Counted from the stretch's first letter, positions 1 through 9,317 are shown. The stretch is DNA of 35,866 bases from Betaproteobacteria bacterium RIFCSPLOWO2_12_FULL_62_13 (GCA_001771985.1 MERG01000052.1:11613-47478), one strand, 5' to 3'. Made by a program: numbers and translations. The notes: generated by a model from the sequence alone, not told the origin.

Positions 1-212
1 AGAGTTACAATGTCTTACAATTCGCAACGGTCCGGTCCCGGCGCCGGGAGCGCAGTCTATGGTGCACGCAGGGTCAGCCGAGCGCACCGCGCCGGGCAAG
101 AAGGGTCAGGAGACCCTTACAGTATAATCCACGAATCCGCTAACTGCGCGGCTTGAGGCCAGCGGCAAAGCATTGCTCAACGCGCATTTTCCTCATCATC
201 GGGTTTATCCGC

Positions 213-2507
213 ATGGATGAACAACTGCGCAATGCGGCCCTCGAATATCACCGCTCGCCCGTGCCCGGCAAGATTTCCGTCACTGCTACCAAGGGTCTCG
301 TCAACCAGCGCGATCTTGCGCTCGCTTATACGCCCGGCGTCGCGACCGTCTGCGAGGTGATCGCTGCGGATCCGGCCGAGGCGCGCAGCCTCACCGCGCG
401 CGGCAATCTGGTGGCGGTGATCACCAACGGCACGGCGGTTCTGGGCCTGGGTGCCATCGGCCCGCTCGCTGCAAAACCGGTTATGGAAGGCAAGGCGGTG
501 CTGTTCAAGAAATTCGCCGGCATCGACGTCTTCGACATCGAGATCAACGAGCGCGACCCGGAGAAGCTGGTCGAGATCATCGCCAGCCTCGAACCCACTT
601 TCGGTGGCATCAACCTCGAGGACATCAAGGCGCCCGAGTGTTTCATCGTCGAGAGGAAGCTCAGGGAGCGCTGCAAGATCCCGGTGTTCCATGATGATCA
701 GCATGGCACGGCGATCATCGTCGGCGCGGCGATCCTGAACGGGCTGAAGGTGGTCGGCAAGGACATATCCGGAATACGACTCGTGGTCTCCGGAGCGGGT
801 GCGGCGGCGCTCGCCTGCCTCGGCCTGCTCGTGAAAATGGGCCTGCCCCGGCAGAACATCGTCGCCACCGATATCAAGGGCGTGGTCTACAAGGGCCGCA
901 AAGAGGAGATGGATCCGGACAAGGAGCAGTATGCGGTCGAGACCAGGGCACGCACGCTCGCTGAGGTGATCGGCGGTGCCGATGTCTTCCTCGGACTCTC
1001 GGCGGGCGGCGTTCTCAAGCCCGAGATGGTGAAGAAGATGGGCGGCAAGCCGCTCATCCTGGCGCTCGCCAATCCGGAGCCGGAAATCCGCCCTGAGCTT
1101 GCGAGGCAGGCGCGCCCCGATGTGGTGATCGCCACGGGCCGCTCCGACTATCCGAATCAGGTGAACAACGTCCTTTGTTTTCCCTTCATTTTCCGCGGTG
1201 CGCTCGATGTTGGGGCCACCACTATCACCACCGAGATGGAGCTTGCCGCGGTGCGCGCGCTTGCCGAACTCGCGCAGGCGGAGCAGTCCGATATCGTGGT
1301 GGCGGCCTACGGCGAGCAGAACCTGACTTTTGGTCCGAAGTATCTGATTCCGAGACCCTTCGATCCGCGGCTGATCGGCCGAGTCGCGCCAGCGGTGGCC
1401 AAGGCGGCGATGGCGGGTGGCGTAGCGACGCGTCCGATCGCGGATCTGGACGCGTACCGCGAGCGGCTCGATCAGTTCGTGTATCAGTCCGGTTTGATCA
1501 TGAAACCGGTGTTTGAGGCGGCGAAGCAGGCGCCCAAGCGGGTGGTCTACGCCGAAGGCGAGGATGAGCGCGTGTTGCGTGCCGCGCAGGTGTTGATCGA
1601 TGAGGGCATCGCGCGGCCGATACTGATCGGGCGTCCGGAAGTCCTCCAGTCGCGAATCGACCGCCTGGGCCTGCGCATGAAAATGGATGAGCATTTCGAC
1701 CTCGTCGATCCCGGCAACGATCCGCGTTATCACGAGCACTGGACCGAGTATCTCCGGCTCGCCGAGCGCAAAGGCGTCACCCCCGAAATCGCCAAACTCG
1801 ACATGCGCCGCCGTCGAACGCTGTTTGGAGCGATGCTCATGCATACGGGCGCGGCCGACGTGATGCTGTGCGGGCTGCTCGGCAGGTATCTCGGGCATCT
1901 GCGTTTTATCGACCAGGTGATCGGGAAGCGCGCGGGCGTGAATGATTTTGCGGCGATGAACATGCTGCTGCTGCCAAAACGCACCGTGTTCATCTGCGAC
2001 ACCTACGTCAATTTCGATCCCAGCGCCGAGCAGATCGCAGAAATGACAATTCTCGCCGCGGAGGAGATCCGGCGTTTCGGTCTGACACCCAAGGTGGCGC
2101 TGCTTTCGCATTCGAGCTTCGGCGCAGCGGACACGCCCACCGCACAGAAGATGCGCGCGGCACTGGCGTTGATCGAAAAGCTCGTGCCCAACGTGGAGGT
2201 CGAGGGCGAAATGCACGGTGACGCCGCACTGTCGGAGGAAATCCGCATGGGGGTGTTCCCGAGTTCGCGCTTGAAGGGCGAGGCGAATCTCCTGGTGATG
2301 CCAACGCTCGACGCCGCGAATATCGCTTTCAATCTGCTCAAGACCGCCGCGGGGGATGGCATCACGATCGGGCCCATCCTGCTGGGTGCGGCGAAGCCCG
2401 TGCATATCATGACCCCGAGCGCGACGGTGCGGCGCATCGTCAACATGACCGCGCTCACCGTGGTCGACGCCGGCGCCCAGCGCGGCGAGCAGAAGTGCTT
2501 GCTCTAG
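213..2507 (+). CDS. maeB: NADP-dependent malic enzyme with C-terminal phosphotransacetylase-like domain
   Basis: Motifs [47 protein letters not shown] and a PTA-like tail ([24 protein letters not shown]). ATG at 213 (MDEQLR) preferred over the TTG at 153. Confidence 0.95.
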   Translation: MDEQLRNAALEYHRSPVPGKISVTATKGLVNQRDLALAYTPGVATVCEVIAADPAEARSLTARGNLVAVITNGTAVLGLGAIGPLAAKPVMEGKAVLFKKFAGIDVFDIEINERDPEKLVEIIASLEPTFGGINLEDIKAPECFIVERKLRERCKIPVFHDDQHGTAIIVGAAILNGLKVVGKDISGIRLVVSGAGAAALACLGLLVKMGLPRQNIVATDIKGVVYKGRKEEMDPDKEQYAVETRARTLAEVIGGADVFLGLSAGGVLKPEMVKKMGGKPLILALANPEPEIRPELARQARPDVVIATGRSDYPNQVNNVLCFPFIFRGALDVGATTITTEMELAAVRALAELAQAEQSDIVVAAYGEQNLTFGPKYLIPRPFDPRLIGRVAPAVAKAAMAGGVATRPIADLDAYRERLDQFVYQSGLIMKPVFEAAKQAPKRVVYAEGEDERVLRAAQVLIDEGIARPILIGRPEVLQSRIDRLGLRMKMDEHFDLVDPGNDPRYHEHWTEYLRLAERKGVTPEIAKLDMRRRRTLFGAMLMHTGAADVMLCGLLGRYLGHLRFIDQVIGKRAGVNDFAAMNMLLLPKRTVFICDTYVNFDPSAEQIAEMTILAAEEIRRFGLTPKVALLSHSSFGAADTPTAQKMRAALALIEKLVPNVEVEGEMHGDAALSEEIRMGVFPSSRLKGEANLLVMPTLDAANIAFNLLKTAAGDGITIGPILLGAAKPVHIMTPSATVRRIVNMTALTVVDAGAQRGEQKCLL

Positions 2508-2540
2508 GAGTTTGTCGGACTTGGCCCCGCAAACTCCTAG
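2504..2540. mobile_element. Collapsed MITE-like inverted repeat bounded by CTAG
   Basis: ctaggagtttg (2504-2514) and caaactcctag (2530-2540) are a perfect 11-bp inverted repeat. The left CTAG contains the maeB TAG stop. Confidence 0.6.
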
Positions 2541-2541
2541 C

Positions 2542-2633
2542 GGTAAATGGTGAATAGTGAATGGTGAATGGTGACTATCCGGCCGCATAGCGGCGTTTTT
2601 TGCTATTCCCTATTCCCTATTCCCTATTCCCTA
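2542..2633. repeat. Pair of oppositely oriented 7-bp tandem arrays
   Basis: ggtaaat-ggtgaat-agtgaat-ggtgaat-ggtgact (2542-2576) and (ctattcc)x4 (2603-2630). Confidence 0.9.
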
Positions 2634-2643
2634 CCGAGGCTTT

Positions 2644-4068
2644 ATGGAAAAGAACGTACGCATCGAGCACGATACGATGGGCAGGATCGAGGTGCCCGCC
2701 GACAAGCTGTGGGGCGCGCAGACCCAGAGAAGCCTGCATCATTTCCATTTTCCCGGTGAGGCCATGCCCATCGAGGTGGTGCACGCCCAGGTTCTGGTGA
2801 AGAAGGCTGCCGCCACCGTCAACGTGGCGCTCGGGGCGCTCGACAAGAAAAAAGGGGAGGCGATCGTCAATGCCGCGGACGAAGCGCTTGCCGGCAAGCT
2901 CGACGAACATTTCCCGCTGGTCACATGGCAGACCGGCTCCGGCACGCAGACCAACATGAACGTGAACGAGGTGCTTGCCAACCGCGCCTCGGAACTCATG
3001 GGCGGCGAGCGCGGCGAAGCGCGGCTGGTGCATCCCAACGACGACGTGAACAAGGGGCAGTCGTCGAACGACACCTATCCGACCGCCATGCACGTCGCGG
3101 CGGTGATCGCTCTCGAGAAGCGGTTGAAGCCGGCGGTAAAGCGGCTGCGCGACACGCTCGACAAGAAGTCGAAGGCCTTCATGCGCATCGTCAAGATCGG
3201 CCGCACCCATCTACAGGACGCCACTCCGCTTACGCTGGGGCAGGAGTTTTCGGGCTACGTGGCGCAGCTTGACCACGGTCTGAAACACATTGACGACGCG
3301 CTGCCTCACCTGTACGAACTTGCGTTGGGCGGCACCGCGGTCGGCACGGGTCTGAACGCCCATCCCCAGTTCGCGGTGAAGGTGGCGGCGGAACTGAAGA
3401 AGCTCACCGGACTGCCGTTTGTCACCGCGCCCAACAAGTTCGAAGCGCTCGCCTCCTGCGACGCGGTGGTGCATGCTCACGGCGCGCTCAAGACGCTCGC
3501 CGCCTCCCTCATGAAGATAGCCAATGACATCCGCTGGCTCGCGAGCGGGCCGCGAAGCGGGATCGGTGAGCTCGCCATTCCCGAGAACGAGCCGGGCAGC
3601 TCGATCATGCCGGGCAAGGTCAATCCGACGCAGTCGGAGTCGATGACGATGGTGTGCTGCCAGGTGTTCGGCAACGATGTCGCGATCAACCTCGGCGGCG
3701 CCTCCGGCAACTTCGAGTTGAACGTGTTCCGCCCGCTGGTGATCCGCAATTTCCTGCATGGCGCGAGATTGCTCGCTCATGCCTGCGAGAACTTTGACGA
3801 GCACTGCGCGGCCGGCATCGAGCCCAATTACGAACGCATCGATCAGTTGATGCGCGATTCGCTGATGCTGGTGACGGCGTTGAATCCTCATATCGGCTAC
3901 GAGAAAGCCGCGGCGATCGCGAAGAATGCGCACAAGAAAGGCACCACGCTCAAGGAATCGGCGCTCGAGCTGGGCTATCTCACTGCCGAGCAATTCGACG
4001 AATGGGTGCGGCCCGAAGACATGGTCGGCATCAAGACCAAGTCGCCGTCCGGGAAAAGCAAGCGTTAG
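2644..4068 (+). CDS. fumC: Class II fumarate hydratase
   Basis: [22 protein letters not shown] and the [11 protein letters not shown] signature. Confidence 0.96.
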   Translation: MEKNVRIEHDTMGRIEVPADKLWGAQTQRSLHHFHFPGEAMPIEVVHAQVLVKKAAATVNVALGALDKKKGEAIVNAADEALAGKLDEHFPLVTWQTGSGTQTNMNVNEVLANRASELMGGERGEARLVHPNDDVNKGQSSNDTYPTAMHVAAVIALEKRLKPAVKRLRDTLDKKSKAFMRIVKIGRTHLQDATPLTLGQEFSGYVAQLDHGLKHIDDALPHLYELALGGTAVGTGLNAHPQFAVKVAAELKKLTGLPFVTAPNKFEALASCDAVVHAHGALKTLAASLMKIANDIRWLASGPRSGIGELAIPENEPGSSIMPGKVNPTQSESMTMVCCQVFGNDVAINLGGASGNFELNVFRPLVIRNFLHGARLLAHACENFDEHCAAGIEPNYERIDQLMRDSLMLVTALNPHIGYEKAAAIAKNAHKKGTTLKESALELGYLTAEQFDEWVRPEDMVGIKTKSPSGKSKR

Positions 4069-4142
4069 ATTTGCCGTCAAGCTTGCCCCGGACTCGATCC
4101 TCGGACGCCAAGAACGTCAAGCAAAGAGGAAAACGAGGGGCT

Positions 4143-4166
4143 GTCATTCCCGTGAAGGCGGGAATC
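4143..4166. repeat. REP-like palindrome of the GTCATTCCCGCGAAGGCGGGAATC type
   Basis: gtc-attcccg-tgaagg-cgggaat-c with a 7-bp perfect stem. Resembles a widespread proteobacterial extragenic palindrome (recognised from memory). Confidence 0.65.
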
Positions 4167-4180
4167 GAATTTGAGGTGAC

Positions 4181-4891
4181 ATGGCGGACGCATCGCGCAT
4201 CGCGGTCGTGACCGGTGCTAATCACGGCATTGGTTTGGAAATCTCGCGTCAGCTCGCGCGGCGAGGCTTGATGGTGGTGCTCACGAGCCGCAGTGCGACC
4301 AAGGGTCGCGCCGCGGTCAAGGCGCTGCGTGACGACGGCGTTGTGGTCGATTACCACCTGCTCGACGTCAGGAGCCCCGTCAGCATCAGAGCGCTCGCCG
4401 CCTATCTCTCCGAGCGTCACGGCAGGCTCGACGTTTTGGTGAACAACGCCGGCGTGCTCCTGGATCCGCGCGGTTCACGCCTGCTCGACGCCAAGCCCAA
4501 GACTTTCCGCGACACGCTGGAGACCAATTTCTTTGGGCCGCTGCAACTCGTGCAGGCGCTCGCGCCGCTGATGAAGAAGAACGGCTACGGGCGCATCGTC
4601 AATCTGTCGAGCGGGCTCGGGCAGCTCTCGGATATGGGCGTTGGCACGCCTGCCTATCGTGTTTCCAAGACTGCCCTGAACGTGCTGACCCGCACGCTCG
4701 CCGCTGAACTCAACGGAACGGGCATCCTCGTCAATTCGGTGTGTCCCGGCTGGGTCAAGACCGACATAGGAGGGCCCAACGCGCCGCGCACGGTGGAGCA
4801 GGGCGCCGATACCGCAGTGTGGCTCGCGACGTTGCCAGATGACGGCCCTTCGGGTGGATTTTTCCGTGACCGCAAGCCGATTCCCTGGTAA
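4181..4891 (+). CDS. Short-chain dehydrogenase/reductase (carbonyl-reductase-like)
   Basis: TGANHGIG Rossmann motif, LVNNAG, YRVSK catalytic YxxxK, VCPGWVKTD. GAGG RBS just upstream. Confidence 0.92.
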   Translation: MADASRIAVVTGANHGIGLEISRQLARRGLMVVLTSRSATKGRAAVKALRDDGVVVDYHLLDVRSPVSIRALAAYLSERHGRLDVLVNNAGVLLDPRGSRLLDAKPKTFRDTLETNFFGPLQLVQALAPLMKKNGYGRIVNLSSGLGQLSDMGVGTPAYRVSKTALNVLTRTLAAELNGTGILVNSVCPGWVKTDIGGPNAPRTVEQGADTAVWLATLPDDGPSGGFFRDRKPIPW

Positions 4892-4917
4892 ACGGTGAAC
4901 AGCGCGCGGTGAACGGC

Positions 4918-4946
4918 AAAAAAGAACCCCGCCTCACCGGCGGGGT
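4918..4946 (-). terminator. Rho-independent terminator for the small secreted protein (possibly bidirectional)
   Basis: Stem accccgcc (4926-4933) / ggcggggt (4939-4946) preceded by an A-run, which is a U-tract on the minus strand. Confidence 0.7.
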
Positions 4947-4971
4947 CCATAGCGAATCGTGAGGCTCGCGC

Positions 4972-5214
4972 TTACATGCTGAGAATCTTCCTGGCCTTGG
5001 CGAGCGTATCGACTGACTCCTTATGCTTGCCGGCCTTGTGCAATTTCTCCCCCTCGGCGCGGTATTTCTTCACATCGGCCATCTGCGCGGCGGAGAGCTT
5101 GGCTTTCGGCAACGCTGCGTCGATCGCCTTCATGTCTTTTGGACACTGGAACGCAAACGCCGTGCTGCTGGCGAATGCAAGAATTGCTGCGATCATGATA
5201 CTGCGGAACTTCAT
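4972..5214 (-). CDS. Small exported helical protein of unknown function
   Basis: MKFRSIMIAAILAFASSTAFA signal peptide with AxA site, then FQCP and a Lys/Ala-rich mature part. GAGGAG RBS upstream of the ATG at 5214. Confidence 0.8.
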   Translation of the reverse strand: MKFRSIMIAAILAFASSTAFAFQCPKDMKAIDAALPKAKLSAAQMADVKKYRAEGEKLHKAGKHKESVDTLAKARKILSM

Positions 5215-5368
5215 TTCTTTCTCCTCTTGTCGGTTGGACAACGGTTATTAGTGAAAAGCGGGGCGCCACCCCGCTCGCAGGGCACATAACCTGTTTCGCC
5301 GTGGATGCGCTCGCGCCCACTACAGGGTAAAATCCCCAACAACAACAGCATCTTGTGCGCATCCTGGA

Positions 5369-6001
5369 ATGACTTACAATCCATTAACACAAAGGCATGC
5401 CGACTTATTCCCGATAACGCGGGACACCGTTATCGAGCGTCTGGCGCGCCCGGCTCCGCCACCGGAACCTGAAGACCTGTATGTCATCACGCTGACGGAG
5501 GGCGTGCGCGTCACGGAGGCAGCGGTGCTCGTGCCGCTGGTACCCCATTCCGGCGCGGTCAACGTGCTGCTCACCCAGCGCACCGCACACCTCGCTGATC
5601 ACGCCGGTCAGATCAGTTTTCCAGGAGGCCGCGTCGAGTCATCCGACAGGAACCGCGAGGATACGGCTTTGCGCGAGACCGATGAGGAGATCGGATTGAG
5701 ACGGACGCAGGTCGAAGTGCTCGGCCGGCTTCCCGACTACGAGATTCCATCGGGTTTCCGGATTACACCGGTCGTGGGCTGGATCGAGCCGCCATTCGAA
5801 CTCAAGCCCGACCCGTTTGAGGTCGACACCGTGTTCGAGGCGCCGCTCGCATATTTTCTGGAGCCCTTGAATTATCAGCGCCGGGAGTATCGTTTCCGCG
5901 ACCGCCACCGTCATTACATGGCGATCCCCTTCGATGGACGCTACATCTGGGGCGCCACCGCCGGCATGTTGTATAGCCTGTGCCGCATGCTCAGGGGTTG
6001 A
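5369..6001 (+). CDS. CoA pyrophosphatase (Nudix, NudL-like)
   Basis: LLTQRTAHLADHAGQISFPGG CoA motif, Nudix box GGRVE..D....TALRETDEEIG, IWGATA. Start codon uncertain. Confidence 0.88.
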   Translation: MTYNPLTQRHADLFPITRDTVIERLARPAPPPEPEDLYVITLTEGVRVTEAAVLVPLVPHSGAVNVLLTQRTAHLADHAGQISFPGGRVESSDRNREDTALRETDEEIGLRRTQVEVLGRLPDYEIPSGFRITPVVGWIEPPFELKPDPFEVDTVFEAPLAYFLEPLNYQRREYRFRDRHRHYMAIPFDGRYIWGATAGMLYSLCRMLRG

Positions 6002-6015
6002 CGGCGTCGAGGGAA

Positions 6016-6351
6016 ATGATGTTCGAGATCTTTGCCGTTGTGCTGCTTGCCGGCATGGCGTGGCTGTGGCTATTCAGCCTGCGTGCTCGGGAAACGGCGG
6101 TTGAGGCCGCGCGGCGTGCCTGCATCGCCGAGGGCGTTCAGCTGCTCGATGACACCGTGGCGCTGGCTTCGTTCCGGCCGCAGCGTGCGAGCAGCGGAAC
6201 GCTGGCCCTGAGGCGAGTCTATCGCTTCGAGTTCAGCGATACCGGCAACAACCGCCTGGGCGGAAGCGTCACCTTGCTCGGGCCGGCGGTGCAGGCGCTC
6301 TATCTCGAACCGCATCGCGGGGAGGCCGCGTCGAGGCCTGTCTTGCGATGA
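6016..6351 (+). CDS. DUF3301-like membrane-anchored protein
   Basis: N-terminal TM segment, then ARETAVEAARRAC..EGVQLLDDTVAL and RRVYRFEFS..GNNRLGG. Stop overlaps the next start (ATGA). Confidence 0.75.
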   Translation: MMFEIFAVVLLAGMAWLWLFSLRARETAVEAARRACIAEGVQLLDDTVALASFRPQRASSGTLALRRVYRFEFSDTGNNRLGGSVTLLGPAVQALYLEPHRGEAASRPVLR

Positions 6352-7538
6352 AGGAAGCGCCGAAGATCGCACTCATCATGACGGGCGGCGGCTCCCGCGC
6401 CGCCTACCAGGTCGGCGTGCTGCGTGCGTTGGCGGAACTGCTGCCCCGCGGAGTCCGCAATCCGTTTCCCATCATCTGCGGCACGTCCGCCGGCGCCATC
6501 AACGCCGCGGTGCTGGCGGCGGCCGCCTCGAATTTCCGGCAGGGTGTGCGGCGCCTGATGGCGGTGTGGAGGAACTTCCAAGTGGGCCAGGTCTACCGCG
6601 CCGACCCGATCGGCGTGATTCGCAACAGTTCGCGCTGGCTGTTCGCCGGGCTCACCGGTGGCGCCTTCACGCGGAAGCCCGTGTCATTGCTCGACAATTC
6701 CCCGCTCGCCGAGCTGCTCCGGCGTCGTCTGGACTTTTCGGCGATCCAGCGCTGCATCGACACCGGCGATCTCATCGCATACAGCGTAACCTGCTCCGGC
6801 TACACCTCCGGGCAGTCGGTGAGTTTTTTCCAGGGGCAGTCGGGGCTGCAACCCTGGCAGCGCGCGCGGCGCATCGGTGTGGCGACGCCGATCACCGTCG
6901 AGCATCTGGTCGCTTCAAGCGCGCTGCCGTTCATCTTCCCGCCGGTGCACATCAACCGCGAGTTTTTTGGTGATGGCTCGATGCGCCAGATCGCGCCCGT
7001 CAGCCCCGCGCTACACCTCGGCGCGGACCGCCTGCTCGTAATCGGGATGGGCCGCCAACTGCAGCAGCGGCAGGTGGAGCGCAGCAAGGTCGATGCCTAT
7101 CCTTCCCTCGCGCAGATCGCCGGCCACGCGTTGAACAGCATCTTTCTCGACAGTCTCGAAGTCGATCTCGAACGTTTGCAGCGGATCAACCGCACCGTCG
7201 AGATCATCCCCAAAGAGGAGCTGGAACGGGCGAACTATCCGCTGCACCACGTCGATTTCAGGCTGCTGTCGCCCAGCGACGAGCTGGAGAAAATCGCCTC
7301 CCAACACGCCGGCGATTTACCGCGCACCATACGCACGCTGCTCTACACCGTCGGCGCGTTGAAGCGCAGCGGTTCCAACCTGCTGTCCTATTTGCTGTTC
7401 GAGAAATCCTACTGCCGCGCACTGATTCAACTTGGTTACCAGGACACTGTGGCGCGCAAGGATGATCTACTTTCTTTTCTCGGCTACGCCGGACAGGAAG
7501 CGCCTCCGCGCGCGCCCTGCTTCGGGAGGCCCGATTAG
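6348..7538 (+). CDS. Patatin-like phospholipase
   Basis: GGGSRA oxyanion loop, GTSAG nucleophile elbow, ASSALP, FGDGS catalytic Asp. Confidence 0.92.
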   Translation: MKEAPKIALIMTGGGSRAAYQVGVLRALAELLPRGVRNPFPIICGTSAGAINAAVLAAAASNFRQGVRRLMAVWRNFQVGQVYRADPIGVIRNSSRWLFAGLTGGAFTRKPVSLLDNSPLAELLRRRLDFSAIQRCIDTGDLIAYSVTCSGYTSGQSVSFFQGQSGLQPWQRARRIGVATPITVEHLVASSALPFIFPPVHINREFFGDGSMRQIAPVSPALHLGADRLLVIGMGRQLQQRQVERSKVDAYPSLAQIAGHALNSIFLDSLEVDLERLQRINRTVEIIPKEELERANYPLHHVDFRLLSPSDELEKIASQHAGDLPRTIRTLLYTVGALKRSGSNLLSYLLFEKSYCRALIQLGYQDTVARKDDLLSFLGYAGQEAPPRAPCFGRPD

Positions 7539-7686
7539 TGGCGGCTGAGCGGCTGACCCAGGGAAGGACCCTGTGGCGGCATGATCTTGCGCTGTCCGCC
7601 AACGGTCGCAGCGGGCGACGACAGGTGTTGCCATGCTGGGCGCCAGCCGGTATAAAGGCAGTTCAACCTGTGAGTGAAGAGCGGTC

Positions 7687-8199
7687 ATGAGCCGGGCATT
7701 TGTCAAAGAGAGCGATGACGATCTGGTTGCGGGCGAACTGCCCGAGCGGCCGTTGTCCGCGCACCCGAATTACGTCACCCCGCACGGGCTCGAGCAGTTG
7801 CAGGCGCGCGTGCGGCAACTGAACGAGCGCCATGACCAGCTCAAGTTGCAGTCGGAAGAAGACTCGGTCGCAAAGCAAAAACTGCGCGAGGTCGAGCGCG
7901 ATTTGCGGTATTTCAACACCCAGCTCGAGCGCGCGGTGGTCGTCGATCCGGCGGGACAGCCGCAGGACGAGGTGCACTTTGGTGCGGAGGTGAAGATCAC
8001 CGATGAGGACGGCAAGGAGCATCGATTCAGCATCGTCGGCGACAATGAAGCCGACGTCGCGGGCGGGAAAATCAGCTGGGCGTCGCCGCTTGCCAAGGCG
8101 ATGATCGGCTCGAAAGTCGGAGACGTCGTAAGCTGGCGCCGCCCGGCGGGCGACACCGAAGTCGAAATCACCGGAATCCGGTACCCTAAAACACCGTGA
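7687..8199 (+). CDS. GreA/GreB family protein (MSRAFVKE subtype)
   Basis: NYVTPHGLEQL coiled-coil start and C-terminal VHFGAEV...FSIVG.NEAD...KISWASPLAKAMIG domain. Confidence 0.88.
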   Translation: MSRAFVKESDDDLVAGELPERPLSAHPNYVTPHGLEQLQARVRQLNERHDQLKLQSEEDSVAKQKLREVERDLRYFNTQLERAVVVDPAGQPQDEVHFGAEVKITDEDGKEHRFSIVGDNEADVAGGKISWASPLAKAMIGSKVGDVVSWRRPAGDTEVEITGIRYPKTP

Positions 8200-8291
8200 C
8201 CCGTGACTCGTGTCTCGTGATTCGTGAGTCGTAGGCGCAAACACCTTGCTCGATTCACCAGTCACCAATCACCAATCACCAGTCACCGTTC
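8194..8291. repeat. Pair of oppositely oriented 7-bp tandem arrays
   Basis: ccgtgac-ccgtgac-tcgtgtc-tcgtgat-tcgtgag (8194-8228) and ttcacca-gtcacca-atcacca-atcacca-gtcaccg (8254-8288). Confidence 0.9.
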
Positions 8292-9212
8292 ATGAAGTTC
8301 CTGTCTCTGCTCGTCGCGCTTTTGATCGAACAGGTGCGTCCGCTGCGGCGGGGTAACCGCCTCTACGTGTCGTTCGCCTCCTATGCAGCAAGACTGGACC
8401 GCCACTTCAACGGGGGGCAATACCGTCATGGCATCATCGCCTGGCTGCTCGCGGTGCTCCCCGTGGTGGTGGCTACGCTTGCCGTGTCCCTGTTGCTTGC
8501 CGGCATGAGCCCGGTGCTCGCGTGGCTGTGGAATATCGCGGTGCTGTATGTGACGATGGGATTTCGGCAATTCAGCCATTATTTCACCGAAATCATTCTG
8601 GCCCTGCAGGAAGGCCGGCTCGATCAAGCGCGCGAATTTCTCGGCAAGTGGCGCGGCGAGGCCACAGCCGAATTCGGCGCCAACGAAATCGCACGCGTGG
8701 CGATCGAACTCGGGTTGATCGGCTCGCACCGGCACGTATTCGGCCCCATCGCCTGCTTCATCGTGCTCGGGCCGTCCGCCGCCGTGCTCTATCGCGCGGC
8801 GGCAATGCTCGGCGAGAGATGGGGCATGCGCGGCGATCCGGAGTCCGGAGACTTCGGGCGTTTTGCCGAACGTTTCTTCTTCTGGTTCGATTGGCTGCCG
8901 TCACGGCTCACGGCCGCAAGTTTCGCGATCGTCGGCAATTTCGAGGATGCGGTGTACTGCTGGCGCACTCAGGCCCGGTCCTGGACCATGCATTCGCTCG
9001 GCATCATCGTGGCGAGCGGCGGCGGGGCGATCGGCGTGCGCCTCGGTGACACTCTGCACCAACACGGCAGCATGCAGTATCGCCCCGAGATGGGGACCGG
9101 CGAGGAAGCCGACGTCGATTACATGCAAAGCGCCGTCGGCTTGATCTGGCGCGCGCTCGTGCTGTGGCTGTTCCTCGTGCTGCTCGTCACCATTGCGCAC
9201 TCCCTGGGCTAG
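8292..9212 (+). CDS. CobD/CbiB/AmpE-like membrane protein
   Basis: Several TM segments with ALLIEQVRPL, HRHVFG, DWLPSRLTA..FAIVGNFEDA and AVGLIWRALVLWL. Confidence 0.82.
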   Translation: MKFLSLLVALLIEQVRPLRRGNRLYVSFASYAARLDRHFNGGQYRHGIIAWLLAVLPVVVATLAVSLLLAGMSPVLAWLWNIAVLYVTMGFRQFSHYFTEIILALQEGRLDQAREFLGKWRGEATAEFGANEIARVAIELGLIGSHRHVFGPIACFIVLGPSAAVLYRAAAMLGERWGMRGDPESGDFGRFAERFFFWFDWLPSRLTAASFAIVGNFEDAVYCWRTQARSWTMHSLGIIVASGGGAIGVRLGDTLHQHGSMQYRPEMGTGEEADVDYMQSAVGLIWRALVLWLFLVLLVTIAHSLG

Positions 9213-9317
9213 TGCCGTTCCAACTTGATTGGCCTAATGATTGCGAGAGCCCTTCGGCTGAATATCGTGTTTGGGTCGCGGATCACCGATAACTCGACAT
9301 AGTTGGAACAGCACTAG
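9209..9317. mobile_element. MITE-like element of about 101 bp flanked by CTAG
   Basis: ctag-tgccgttccaact (9209-9225) and agttggaacagca-ctag (9301-9317) match 16/17 as an inverted repeat. The interior is less GC-rich than the flanking genes. Confidence 0.7.

Noticed and set aside
177-2588. Long antisense ORFs (803 aa here; also 10536-11939, 19074-20204, 26723-27766, 30002-31309 and others)
   Set aside because: They mirror well-supported genes on the opposite strand, have no recognisable motifs, and are expected from high-GC codon bias.
8292-9212. Cobalamin biosynthesis locus
   Set aside because: A single CobD/AmpE-like gene with no other cob/cbi genes and no B12 riboswitch seen.
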